A stretch of DNA of 64,000 nucleotides from Felis catus (GCF_018350175.1 NC_058368.1:217126001-217190000), one strand, 5' to 3'. Numbered from the stretch's first letter, positions 50,731-63,559 are shown. Numbers and translations are program-made. The notes: generated by a model not told the origin, from the sequence alone.

Positions 50731-52072
50731 AAATATTCTTGTTTCTAACCCTCAAACTACAACTGAAGAGACCTTAGGTATATTAGACATATATGACCTA
50801 AGTCATATATTAGATATATATGACCTTGATACTTTTAGAATATCCACATGTTAAAATGAGTTAGTACATAATGTAAGGCAGATTTTGGGGGGCACTTAAG
50901 TCACTTTTTTTGGCAGTAACATAATGAGGCATGTTGACTCATGTAATTTTTTTTGCAGTAATATGCGACTTTCACATCAAGTTTATTGTTCACATTTCTG
51001 TGAAGATGATTGAGTAAATGACATTTATTAACATATGAAGATCTACATCTTCATAGAACTTTGGTCATTACTTTTCTATTTGTTTTGTGAGTTTTAAAAG
51101 TATAAGATGGTATAAGTGAAAGGCTCAGGAAATAAGGTCTGATCTGTCATATTACCACAAAAGATAATCAATCAATGAATTAAAAAATACTAAATGTCAG
51201 AAATGGCTACATAATACTGTTCTACCATTTGATACTTTGGAAAACTGTGTTTTCCATTCTGTATTACATCAATAAGAAAGTCTTTCTCAGATTTAATATA
51301 TATACTGATAGAGTTAAATATACAACAATTATTCTACAGTACTAACCAGGAAGAATATTATTACTTTTGTATAAGAACGAATTGTTGAACCCAAAATATA
51401 CAAAAGCCAATATTGAGTGTATAAGCAATAATTTTGTTTTACTGTTTTGCATACAATCCTCCTATGGCACTAAGAGTGGGAAATGACACATATAAGGTAA
51501 TATATGAAAAATACCAAATAAAACATTTTAAAATAGGAGATATGAGATTTAATAGACCTGCCATAGAGAGTTTGGCAACCCCTGTATTCTCATTGTTGCC
51601 TTAGTACACGGAGTCAAGTATCTGAACAATTTTTTTTTTGGTATAGTTAGATCTTTGTGCTTTTACCATTGTGTACATGAATCTAAACTTAATTCTTTAG
51701 ACTAAATATATATTACCACAATTTCCTTACTTATTAATAGAAGAGTGTAAATACATCTGTGAAAAAAAAAAGCTTCAAATAAGCATTTTTGCTTAGTCAT
51801 TAACACTTTGTGAGGCAATACAGCTGAGATTCCATTTCGTTTCCCTACTCACATCTATGTAATCTCAGGAAGTTACTTTAATCATCCCATGCCTCAGTTA
51901 CCTCAGATGTAATAAAGAGTAGTTATACCTAACCCAGATTTTCATGAAGATTAAATGATTAATTACTGGGAACATTTTGTGAACAGTTTGTAAATCTCAA
52001 CAAATTGAAATAATGTCAGTGTTTCCTTTCTCCTTGCTGAGGGTAATTTAGCTCAGTCTCAAACATTTAAAT

Positions 52073-52738
52073 CATGAATTCTTAACTTGAGTTCTATGAA
52101 GTTTGTAGGTAGAAATCAGGGGTCTGTGAATTTGGCTTAGAAAAAGGTACATCTCTGAAATCAGATGCTTTTATTTCTCATTATACTTTTGCCTATCTCT
52201 AAAAATTCCATTTATAGTCTCATGATTGCAAAATCATAGTTATTGTTTTGATCAGGGAAATAGCAATGATTGTCATTTTGCTGTCTACAGATGCTTGTGC
52301 AATGAAAATGGCCATCTATTGAGTTATTTTGCACCTAGCAAAATCATTTCGTCACAGAACACTTAGACTCTGAGTTTTACATTGCTTGAGCTAAACAGTT
52401 TTTTTTCAGTGTTCCCCACTAACTATCAACTATCTGTCAATAGTATGTAGAAGGAAGGTAATCAATGACGAGACTAGAGTTTAGTGTGAGGCCATTGCAG
52501 TCTACACTGATCTGTCTTAAACTACAAAAGTAACTTGCTTAAATTAATAAGTTTTCTTATTTATTCTCTTAGGTGAGAAGTACATATATTACAACATAAT
52601 TTGTAAAATATGTTAGTAACTATTTCAATATATCTGCCTTCCTTTTTAATACTATGCATTTGCATTTTATTTAAGTATTTAAAAATATTATTTTGACAAA
52701 GTAGTCAACAGACATCAACAGATTTCCAGACTGGGCCA

Positions 52739-52782
<44 letters not shown>

Positions 52783-52811
52783 ACACACAGAAACGGTTTC
52801 AGAATAGCTCT
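52073..52811. mobile_element. Charlie4-like hAT DNA transposon containing a (CA)n at 52740-52789
   Basis: attcttaacttgagttctatg...aggggtctgtgaatttgg start and aaaatattattttgacaaag...ccatc end. Confidence 0.5.
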
Positions 52812-54457
52812 TCTAAGTACTTTGTACAAGCCCAAATGAACCCTCCTTCATAAATTGTTCAGTTTTCCCCATACAGTTAATAACAGTAGCTATTATTTGT
52901 TAAATGACTTACTATGTGCCAAACAGATACTTTATATATACTCTTCTAATAAATCTGCACAACCTTTTGCTATTTATTATCATCTGCAGTTTAAAATATA
53001 GAGCAAAGAATTTAAGTAAAAACTCAAGGCTATCCAGAAATCATGATTTTCTTACAACACAGTTTTTCTATATATACTCTATTCCTGTTTTATTTCTCTG
53101 TAGCTGTTTGGTCCTTATTGCTTTAATCAATTGCAAGTCTCCATATTATTTATCTCAACATGCCTTGTGGCAATAGGCAATAAATCGGTATTTATACATA
53201 GTGGGTACTCAGTACATATTTACTAGACAAATCAAAGGCATGGCCTTTACTTTAAAGAGGGGAAGGGCTAAAAAAATTTAAAAAGTAAAGAGGAGAAGCA
53301 AAGCTAAAGGAAAATAATAAAAACTGACAAAAAATAAAAAACTTAAACTCATACATTAAGTATTTAGAAATTTGAGTATTTTTTATTGTTAATTCATTTA
53401 GATTCTGTTACCTATTCCAAGTTGTTGTTTTTTTTTTTTGTCTTTGTTTTTGCCTTTTGAGTTTATAGGACCTTAGAGAATCATTTCAGAAATATAGGCC
53501 AGGTCTCTATATACTTATTTCTTAATAATACCCTTTCCTTTTCCAAATAAAATAAAGTATGTTTTCTTCACTACCTAAAATTTCTATTAACAAAATATAA
53601 TTTTACAAAATGAGTTATTCTATTCCTAGATTCAATTTATTTTCTCAATTAGCCTACTTTTCTTTCTAGGATTTCTTTCTAATGCACTTAATGTTAATAA
53701 TATATTAGTCTTTCTTTTTTCTAGAAGTAATTTCTCAATTGCTCCATAGGAAGCAAATGTTTTTCTTTTTTTTTTCCTTTTTTTTTTAAGGACACTGTAT
53801 AAGACGCTAAATAAAATCACAAAGTTGACACAATCTCACAAACCTTGATATTAAGTCTCAGAAACCCAATCTTTCTGGTATAAACAGCATATTTTTCTAA
53901 TAATATTATTTGTTGATTTATTTGCTTTGAACTGATTACTGTTGAGCACTTTAAAATTTATAATTTAAATTAAGCTTGGCAAAACAAAAACAAAAACACT
54001 ATGCTTTATTCTTTCTCAAACTTTTCACATTAGGAAACTACAGAATCAGTAACTTTAAAAAATTGCTCTGGTTTATAAAGTTTATAGACTTGGTAACAGC
54101 CTGATTTAGAGACTATAAGTTTTGTCTTTCACAGACCAATCTTTACTGAGATTCTGACACAAGCCAAGCTTTGCTGTGTCCTTATTAAAAACCTGTTCTT
54201 CATTTATTTCTCACATAAAATAGTGGCAGAGTCCTTAAACATTTTCTTTCTCTTCTTCTAGGACATTTCTCATGGAATAATTGTTGAATGTTTTCCGTGA
54301 TCCAGGCAGTGGTCTAATTGCAAGGGATAAAACAATGCACAAGGCACACCCCATTCCCATGGAGTTTGCACTTTAGAGATTTACTCTTTAACCAATGGAT
54401 CATTTAGAAGTTTATTGTTTACTTTCCACATATTCCTACATTCCTTTGATTACCTTC

Positions 54458-54678
54458 TTTTTAAAAAATTTTTTTTTCTAATGTTTCCTTATTTTTGAGA
54501 CACAGACAGAGCATGAGTGGGGGTTGGGCAGAGAGAGAAGGAGACACAGAATCCCAAGCAGGCTCCAGGCTCTGAGCTGTCAGCACAGAGCCGGACGCGG
54601 GGCTGGAACTCCTCAACCACAAGAACATGACTGGAGCCAAAGTTGGACGCTCAACTGACTAAGCCACTCAGGAGCACT
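54458..54678 (-). mobile_element. CanSINE
   Basis: Flanked by cctttgattaccttc / cctgtgattaacttc. Confidence 0.9.
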
Positions 54679-54693
54679 CCTGTGATTAACTTC

Positions 54694-54936
54694 CTTTTTC
54701 AATTTAATTTATTTTTTTTTAATTTTTTTAAAAGTTTATTTTATTTGAGAGAGAGAGAGAGAGAGAGAGAGCATGAGCAGGGGAGGGGCAGAGACAGGGA
54801 GATACAGAATTTGAAGCAGGCTCCAGGCTCTGAGCTGGCAGCACAGAGCCTGACACGGGACTTGAACCCACAAATAGTGAGATCATGATCTGAGCCAAAG
54901 TCGGACGCTTAACCGACTGAACTACCCAGGCACCCC
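54694..54936 (-). mobile_element. CanSINE
   Basis: TSD cctgtgattaacttc (54679-54693, 54939-54953). Confidence 0.92.
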
Positions 54937-55507
54937 AACCTGTGATTAACTTCTAATTGGATTTTACTGTGGCCAACCAATCCACTTTATATAATTTGAA
55001 TCCCTTTAAATGTATCAACACTCATTTTATAGTATAATACATGGTAAATATATGTATCACTTGAAAAAAAAGTGTTTAGGTTTTGGTTGTAGTGCACTAT
55101 AAACACCAGTTAGACCATGGTGTTGTTCAAATATGTTTTTATTTTTATTTACTTATTGTTACTAATCACTGCCTGGTGGTTATATCAATTGCTAAGTGGC
55201 ATATAATCTTTTACTATGATTTTGGAAATGTTTATTCTTTATTTGTCTCAATTTTATGAGTTTTATTTCACATATTTTGAGGTTTTTTTATTAAGCATAT
55301 AATTTGATAGTTGTCAGGTTTTTTTTCTGACGAATTTTCCTTTTCATCACTCTGAAATATTCTTATCTCTGGTAATACTCATTTCACTGAATTTTTTTTT
55401 TCTGAAGTTAATATGCCCACCTCAAGCTATAAATTCTTTCTTTTTTGCTTTCTCATAATTTCTCTCTATTTATCTGCAACCCAATTCCAATTGTGTCTTT
55501 AGGTTTA

Positions 55508-55547
55508 TTTATTTTTTTTATTTTTTATTTTTTTCCAATTTTCCATT

Positions 55548-55590
<43 letters not shown>

Positions 55591-56980
55591 TTTTTTAATA
55601 TATGAAATTTATTGTCAAATTGGTTTCCTTACAACACCCAGTGCTCATCCCAAAAGGTGCCCTCCTCAATACCCATCACCCACCCTCCCCTCCCTCCCGC
55701 CCCCCATCAACCCTCAGTTTGTTCTCAGTTTTTAACAGTCTCTTATGTTTTGGCTCTCTCCCACTCTAACCTCTTTTTTTTTTTTTCCTTCCCCTCCCCC
55801 ATGGGTTCCTGTTAAGTTTCTCAGGATCCACATAAGAGTGAAACCATATGGTATCTGTCTTTCTCTGTATGACTTATTTCACTTAGCATCGCACTCTCCA
55901 GTTCCATCCACGTTGCTACAAAAGGCCATATTTAATTTTTTCTCATTGCCACATAGTATTCCATTGTGTATATAAACCACAATTTCTTTATCCATTCATC
56001 AGTTGATGGACATTTAGGCTCTTTCCATAATTTGGCTATTGTTGAGAGTGCTGCTATGAACATTGGGGTACAAGTGCCCCTATGCATCAGTACTCCTGTA
56101 TCCCTTGGATAAATTCCTAGCAGTGCTATTGCTGGGTCATAGGGTAGGTCTATTTTTAATTTTCTGAGGAACCTCCACACTGCTTTCCAGAGCGGCTGCA
56201 CCAATTTGCATTCCCACCAACAGTGCAAGAGGGTTCCCGTTTCTCCACATCCTCTCCAGCATCTAGAGTCTCCTGATTTGTTCATTTTGGCCACTCTGAC
56301 TGGCGTGAGGTGATATCTGAGTGTGGTTTTGATTTGTATTTCCCTGATAAGGAGCAACCTGAACATCTTTTCATGTGCCTGTTGGCCATCCGGATGTCTT
56401 CTTGAGAGAAGTGTCTATTCATGTTTTCTGCCCATTTCTTCACTGGGTTATTTGTTTTTCGGGTGTGGAGTTTGGTGAGCTCTTTATAGATTTTGGATAC
56501 TAGCCCTTTGTCCGATATGTCATTTGCGAATATCTTTTCCCATTCCGTTGGTTGCCTTTTAGTTTTGTTGGTTGTTTCCTTTGCTGTGCAGAAGCTTTTT
56601 ATCTTCATAAGGTCCCAGTAATTCACTTTTGCTTTTAATTCCCTTGCCTTTGGGGATGTGTCGAGTAAGAGATTGCTACGGCTGAGGTCAGAGAGGTCTT
56701 TTCCTGCTTTCTCCTCTAAGGTTTTGATGGTTTCCTGTCTCACATTCAGGTCCTTTATCCATTTTGAGTTTATTTTTGTGAATGGTGTGAGAAAGTGGTC
56801 TAGTTTCAACCTTCTGCATGTTGCTGTCCAGTTCTCCCAGCACCATTTGTTAAAGAGACTGTCTTTTTTCCATTGGATGTTCTTTCCTGCTTTGTCAAAG
56901 ATGAGTTGGCCATACATTTGTGGGTCTAGTTCTGGGGTTTCTATTCTATTCCATTGGTCTATGTGTCTGTTTTTGTGCCA
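55508..56980 (-). mobile_element. Young 5'-truncated L1 (L1_Fc-like) with one frameshift
   Basis: Nearly identical to the L1 at 15908-17864. ORF2 split into 56282-56917 and 55932-56366 by a 1-bp deletion near 56355. Perfect TSD gtgtctttaggttta (55493-55507, 56981-56995). Confidence 0.97.
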
Positions 56981-57008
56981 GTGTCTTTAGGTTTAAAATG
57001 AGTTCCTT

Positions 57009-57233
57009 GGACACCTGGGTGGCTCATTTGGTTGGGTGCAACTTTAGCTTAGGACATGATCTCGAGTTTTGGGAGTTTGAGCTTTGCATCGGGCTCTGTG
57101 CTGACAGCTCAGAGTCTGGAGCGTGTTTCAGAATCTTTGTCTCCCTCTCTCTCTCTCTGCCCTTCCCCTGCTCTCTCCCTCTCTCTCTCAAAAATCAAAT
57201 AAACATTACATTTTTGTTCAAAAAAACAATAAA
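57009..57233 (+). mobile_element. CanSINE
   Basis: TSD taaaatgagttccttgga (56994-57011, 57234-57251). Confidence 0.93.
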
Positions 57234-59535
57234 TAAAATGAGTTCCTTGGAGGCAGTGAAAAGTTACATCCAGCTTTTTATTTTCATGCTGTCAGTCTCA
57301 AATCTTTCTTTAGTCTTTAGAAGCTGAGTTTCTCTCCATTATAATTTCCATCCAGTTGAAAAACTTCCTTCAGCACTTCTTGTTAAGCAGTTTTATTAGT
57401 GTCATGTTTTTTATTCCTTAAAGCGTCCACTTCACTTTCATTCCTGTAGTGTGTGTAGAATTCTGTGTTGACGGTTTTTTCTTTCTTTTCCCTTTCCTTT
57501 ATTTTCTTCTTTTACTTTTCTTTCTTAAGCCATTCCAAATTTGCTTTGTATACATTTTTTCATTTTTTCCAGTTGCTGGCAAGATTTTTCTTTGACAACT
57601 AAATTACTACTAAATTAATACTAAAATATTAATTAATTAAAGTGTTTTACATATCTCCTCAAAATGGCATTTCCTTATATTTGTCTTTTAGTAGTTGGCT
57701 TTATGAATATAGCATGTTTTCTTGAACTTTATCTTGCTTGGCATTTTCTTACTTTCTGACTTTGTAAATGCATGATATTCACTATACTTAGCAGCTTTTG
57801 TACATTTTTAAATATGCCCCTAATCTTTTCTTCTGATATTCAGGTCACCATATTTTAGACTTTCTACTATTATCTGACAAGTTTCTGAGACTCTCTTATT
57901 TTTTTTTTCAAAATTTCTCTTTATTCTCAGTTTTTTTTTTTTTTTTTATGATTTTATGCCAGGTAATTTCTACTGATCTTTTTTCAGGTTCAATGATATT
58001 TCTCACTGTGATGATCATTTGGTTATTGAGTTTCTCCAGTGAAATTTTCCATTTTGGATAATATATTTTCTATTTATGAAATTTTAATTTGGTGCTTTTG
58101 TACCATCCCTTTATCTCAGTTACATTTGTAATCTTTTTTACTCATCACAGGTGTGTTCTCCTTTACCTCATGGAGCAAAGTTAAATAAAGAGCCGCTTTA
58201 AAGTCTGATAATTCCACTCTGTGGGACTTCTCAGGGTTGACGGCTCTGATGTTTCACCTTGAAAATGGCTCATGTTTTCCTAATTTTTTAAATGTCAAGT
58301 GATGTTTGAAATGTATCCTAGATATTTTAAATATTATGTTATGCATGCTCAGGTTCTGTGAAAATCTTCTGAAGGATATTAATGTTTTTGTGTTAGGGGA
58401 CAACCAACCCAATCGCTTCAGTCAATGATGACAGGTCCTATCGGCTTTTGTGGGCAGCGGTTCAAATCGCAGTAACTTATCTAAGTCTTTTATATTATTT
58501 TATGTGTATCATGGAAAAATAATGTTTCAGGGGGTAGATTGAGATTTGTGTAAATTCATGTGCAGAATTAGACGATTCTGTCCCCAGGTCTCCTCTTGGA
58601 ATTTCATTTTCTTCCATGATCCGCAGAGTATTCTTTCCCTACTATGTTTGGGCAGCAAAGTTTCTATCATTAAGTTACAAACACCGATGCTCCATCACTC
58701 TGTGACTGGGGAGAAATGTCACAGGGAAGAAAAATAGTTAAAATCACCTCATTGACAGTTGCTTCTCCAAAATTTGACCACCTTCCAAAATAAGGCCATT
58801 TTTCTTTCTTTCCAGAGTTTTATGGCAAGTTTTTCAACATTCATTATTTTATTTTTAAAAAAATTGTTCAGAGTTTGTAATTGCAATTAGAATGATGTAT
58901 TAATTCTACGGGGCTTTCACTGCTGTACAATAACCAGGATCCTAGGGAGTGAATTTAGTTTTGTTTTTAAGGTTGATTAAAATTTAAAATAAACCTGTTA
59001 AGTCCCCTCTTGGATGATACCTCGCTGAATATAAGTCAGAATTTTTTGCAATCCATAAATGTGTTTGAATTGGCAGGTTATATAATATTTACTTAGCGTT
59101 CATATAAAAAAAGCCAGATATAGGTTTAAGTTAGTCTTGTTGACCTATATTTATAAAGATATATACATAAAAAATAAAGCTCTTAACTATGTTCAACTTG
59201 GGTACACATTTATCTCATAGATCCTTGTCTTTCTATTTATTTTTTATTATATATTTTGTAGTTGTGAAAGACTGTTATTTATCATTAATTCTCTAAACAC
59301 TTAGGAAAGATTGTGAATTTCATATATATAATTACATTTAGTGGTTTTACTAAGTTTTAATATTTCAAATACTTTTAGTTGATGATTTCTAATTTGTTTT
59401 CTTTGCCAGGTAGAAAATTGTATCATTTAAATTACTTTTTAACAGACTTAAAAATAATTTTATTTTACCTTTACATGTTGTATTTGCCTTTATGAAATCT
59501 ATTGACATCATAATTTACATTTGTTTAAATTTCTT

Positions 59536-59761
59536 TTTTTTTTTTTAATTTTTTTTTTCAACTTTTATTTATTTTTGGGACAGAGAGAGACAGAGCATGA
59601 ACGGGGGAGGGGCAGAGAGAGAGGGAGACACAGAATCGGAAACAGGCTCCAGGCTCTGAGCCATCAGCCCAGAGCCCGACGCGGGGCTCGAACTCACGGA
59701 CCGCGAGATCGTGACCTGGCTGAAGTCGGACGCTTAACCGACTGTGCCACCCAGGCGCCCC
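59536..59761 (-). mobile_element. Young SINEC_Fc, CpG-intact
   Basis: Perfect TSD tgtttaaatttctt (59522-59535, 59762-59775). Confidence 0.97.
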
Positions 59762-60400
59762 TGTTTAAATTTCTTATTGAGATATATTCATATTAATACA
59801 TAGCTTTCCAGTGACGTATTCTCTCATATTAGGGAAGAATGTTCAGTCTCCATTACCGACGCTTCCTTGATACAACACTTTATCATCTATCCACTGCTCA
59901 ATTTAATCGGCTCAGAAAATTCATTGATTAGTTGGAAAAGAATAATTTCTCATAAAAATATCTCATTCCTTTTTTATTTGAGGTGGGAGGTCCTCAAAGT
60001 CCATATGCTCTGCCTAGCTCTCTAGCCCATTGTAAAAGGACTTTTCCTGAGGAAAAATCTATTTTTATAGCATCCCTTTTAAACACATTTATAAGTTTTC
60101 AATTCTCAGCTCTCATATTTTAAAAACTTCTTGCTTACAGAAAATCACTAATAGAGTACACATTTAGTTTCACTTCTTTTTCTGATCCAGTTTCTCATTT
60201 GGTTCAGAACTTGGGCATAGAAGAGGGGCCTTAGTTACTGATCTCCTTTTAACACCAGTGTTTTATTATGTTTAACCTATTGTACTATTAATCCTCTGAG
60301 TTCTAATTAATCATCTGTGTTATATTCTAACTTTTTTTTTCCTCTATAGTCAAGAGAATTTTATTTATGTTGAAATCAAAACAGAATTGCGTCTTCTTAC

Positions 60401-60594
60401 CTTTTGAAATAGCTGTATGGCCCTCATTGGTTATTTATTGAAGATTTTCAGGTGTAAGTGGGTTATTATATTTTCTTCTCAATCTTGAGTCAATTCTGAT
60501 TGTTCTCAATTTAGTATCATTTTTTTGTTCTCAAATTATTATATAAGCACCTCTGAGTATCTGTAAGGAGTCACCATCAATCTTCCACACCGAC
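60401..60594 (-). other. Candidate exon (194 nt), mostly non-coding, with ATG at 60427 giving MRAIQLFQK in phase 0
   Basis: Acceptor ttttctattttacacatcccag|G and donor AAG|GTAAGA. All three frames contain stops upstream of the final ATG. Confidence 0.3.
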
Positions 60595-61440
60595 CTGGGA
60601 TGTGTAAAATAGAAAAGTATGCTATTGGTCTAGTGTGGAAACATCCTAGAATAATAAATTCAATATAGTCTGAGGGGGTGTAAATTAGTGTTATAGAGAG
60701 TTGTTATAGTGGTGACTATTTTTTTTTCTTCTATCAATAATACAGTCATATTTTGCATGTTTAACTCTGTAAGTCAATTTGAAATTCAGGTTAGTAACAA
60801 CTTTCACTGATTATAAATGCTATTTTGGTATGGCATTTTTCATTCTTTCAAATTAAAGCAATGGAAACTAAAAATCAAAGCATTTGATGTGTTGAAATTG
60901 CTCTAAAGTGTGCATAGTGATTAAAATCACTGAAAGGCTTTACATTTTATGAGTACTCCACTGTGGGAGCACTTCAATAATTTTAAATTACTCTTCACTA
61001 TACAAAGCAATTTAAATTTATTGGAAACGAAATCTGGAAGAGTTCAAATTCTGGGCAATGTTGTGCATACAGCTTGAAAATTACTAAGAGCATTTAGTGT
61101 TTTTTACAAGCACTCCATTAAAGGTGATCTGAGCTTTGGCATGGAATGATGTAGAAAGATAAGGAAGTCCTAGAGTCACTCTAAATTCAAATCTAATCTG
61201 GAAAACTGAAGTTCTTTGATAAGTAAGCCAATTTTTATTTCACTCTTCAAATATCCATATAAAAATTTAATGTATGAAATATATCTTGAAATATATTTGT
61301 AGAAGTCTTATTTTCCAGAACTTTCACAATTCATTTCAGGAAAATTAGTGGAATACCACTGATTGTAATTTGTAATGTTCAGACTAATGGCGAAGAGAAG
61401 TTTAGCAGCATTCTTTTTCTATTAAAACTCAGCCATTCCT

Positions 61441-61650
61441 GGGGCGCCTGGGGGGCTTTGTCAGTTGGGTGCAACTTTGGCTCAGGTCATGATCTCGCAG
61501 TTTAGGAGTTCAAGCCCTGCGTCGGGCTTTATGCTGACAGCTCAGAGCCTGGAGCCTGCTTCAGATTTTGTGTCTCCCTCTCTCTCTGCCCCTCCCCTGC
61601 TTGTGCTCTGTCTCTCTCTATCTCAGAATTAAATATTTAAAAAAATTTTA
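61441..61650 (+). mobile_element. CanSINE
   Basis: Head, (CT)n, tail; near-TSD aaactc(a/t)gcca. Confidence 0.92.
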
Positions 61651-63559
61651 ACTCTGCCACTAAATGATTTTACTGTCTCTATTATATATTATATCAGTAT
61701 ATGCTACTATAAGAAAGTATAATATTATAATACAATATGCATTCATTTATTGGTATATTCATTATTTCACTAAAAAACAAGTTGGATATAAAATTAAAAA
61801 CAGTGACTATTTTTCTTTGCAGATATGACTATCTCTTAGTTAAGAACTGGGAGCCTTAAATATGAATAACATTTTCAGGGAGGGATACAATTTTCAGAAT
61901 GATAATGTTTGAAAAAGTGAGTTTAAGAGCATGCTATCTTATGCTTTACCACTATTTTAATAGTGTGTTTTCTCTCCCTAATGTAACTTCATGCTTACAT
62001 ACAAAGCATCATGCTGCATAACAGTAACAGCAGTAACTAATGCAAGTTTTTGTCTACAGACGCGTCTTTTAAAAATGGACCTACCTATGCACAATATCAT
62101 CACTAACCTTAAAGAATTCTCTTGTTTCACCTTAGTGGAGAAGTAGGCCCTTAAGCATTTTGTCAGCATTTCAAGAGTGATGAATAAGCTGGCTTGAAGT
62201 ACTTCATGCATGCATTTTAATGATTAGAAGGGACTATAATTCTCCTTAGTCTACCTCAAGTTCCAGAGGAACCTAACTCCTGAAACTGAACCTGCATTAT
62301 CTTGTAGGCATCTTTATAAATGAATCTAGAAATGCTGTTCACAGTATTTGCCTCCAGTGACATTCATCCTAATTGAATTGTAAATGAAGCAGTCAGGGTG
62401 TAAACCAACCTAAAGCTTTCTTCACTCCTGAAAGGCAAGGAAAAGCCTTAAATATATCCCTTTCATTGTTAGTGACTCTGAAATGACATTGAGAATTGTC
62501 CATTCAGGCTTCTCTTTTTATGGGAAGAGCTTCATTTTAAATCATCTGTATCTTCAAGACATTCACTACAGTGTCCTTGAAAAAAAAAAGTTACTTTAGA
62601 ATCAAATTCACATGAAAGTGAAAATACTACTAATGTGATTTATTTATAAAATAATATCCAGTAGTTATTAAATTATCATAAGTAACCACAGGTTAAGTGC
62701 TTTGACTAAATTTGGAAGATGCAAATACCTCTCAAGGTGTCTGGAGACGTCCAGATTTATCTTGCGACTGATTTCAGGTGAACAGTCTCTTTTAACACTT
62801 TACAAATATGTTCATCAAATTGGCAGCAGGATTGAGAATCCATCATGTTTCTAAAATACATATATTTCATATGTCAGAAATCCAGCTTGACATCATACCA
62901 TTGTGATAGGAAGAAAAAAGTGAATACATTTTGACTCAATTGGTTAAGGAATAATTTTCATCTACAAAAAGAAAGTGATTAAAGTGAAAAATAACTAACT
63001 TATGAAATACTTACTGTGTTTTTTTTCTTACTGTGGTTTTTGAAAAAAAACAATCATTGTTATATTTTAGTGCACAGAAGACTCAGTTTGATGGAGAAGG
63101 GAAGGTAGTTTAAGAACCATTAATATCTATAGGCCAATTCCTGGCAATTGAGATTCCCTTACTTGCCAAACTGGACTATGTTGACTAGAATTGACTTGTA
63201 CACTCTTGTCAACACAGCCTAACCTCTGGCATTTTGGCAACGTTAACAATTGAAATAATGAAGATACCAAATACGAAGGTGTCAAAGGGTCAGAGTTAAT
63301 GAGTTAAATCCATGGATAAAAAGAAAAAGTGGAAGAATCAAAAAAAATGAGAGAGGCATTTGACCCTAGTTAGAAAAAAAAAATACTGTGACGATTCCTC
63401 CGTTACAGTACAATGAGATCCTGGGGAAAGTATGGTTCGCTTTAAAATTATTTATGGACTAATAAATTAAAAACAGAAAGGAATTAGGTAAAACTAAAAT
63501 AAGAAGTGCTCTTGGCTAAAGTCTATCCTGCCAAAATTTATACATGTTGAAGTGCTCAC

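Larger units (their letters stand above)
54390..58940 (-). mobile_element. Ancient L1M remnant (ORF2 5' part, ORF1, 5' region) hosting SINEs and a young L1
   Basis: atggatcatttagaagtttattgtttactttcca, ttttactgtggcc, cttcagcacttcttg, ctcactgtg...ccagtgaaatttt motifs. Confidence 0.7.

Noticed and set aside
9653..58940. Minus-strand bias of L1s as evidence for a plus-strand host gene
   Set aside because: Few independent insertions, one plus-strand L1 at the right end, and no plus-strand coding exon found; suggestive only.
59521..59796. Arg-rich 91-aa ORF and similar short ORFs
   Set aside because: Translations of SINE sequence, a common artefact in carnivore genomes.
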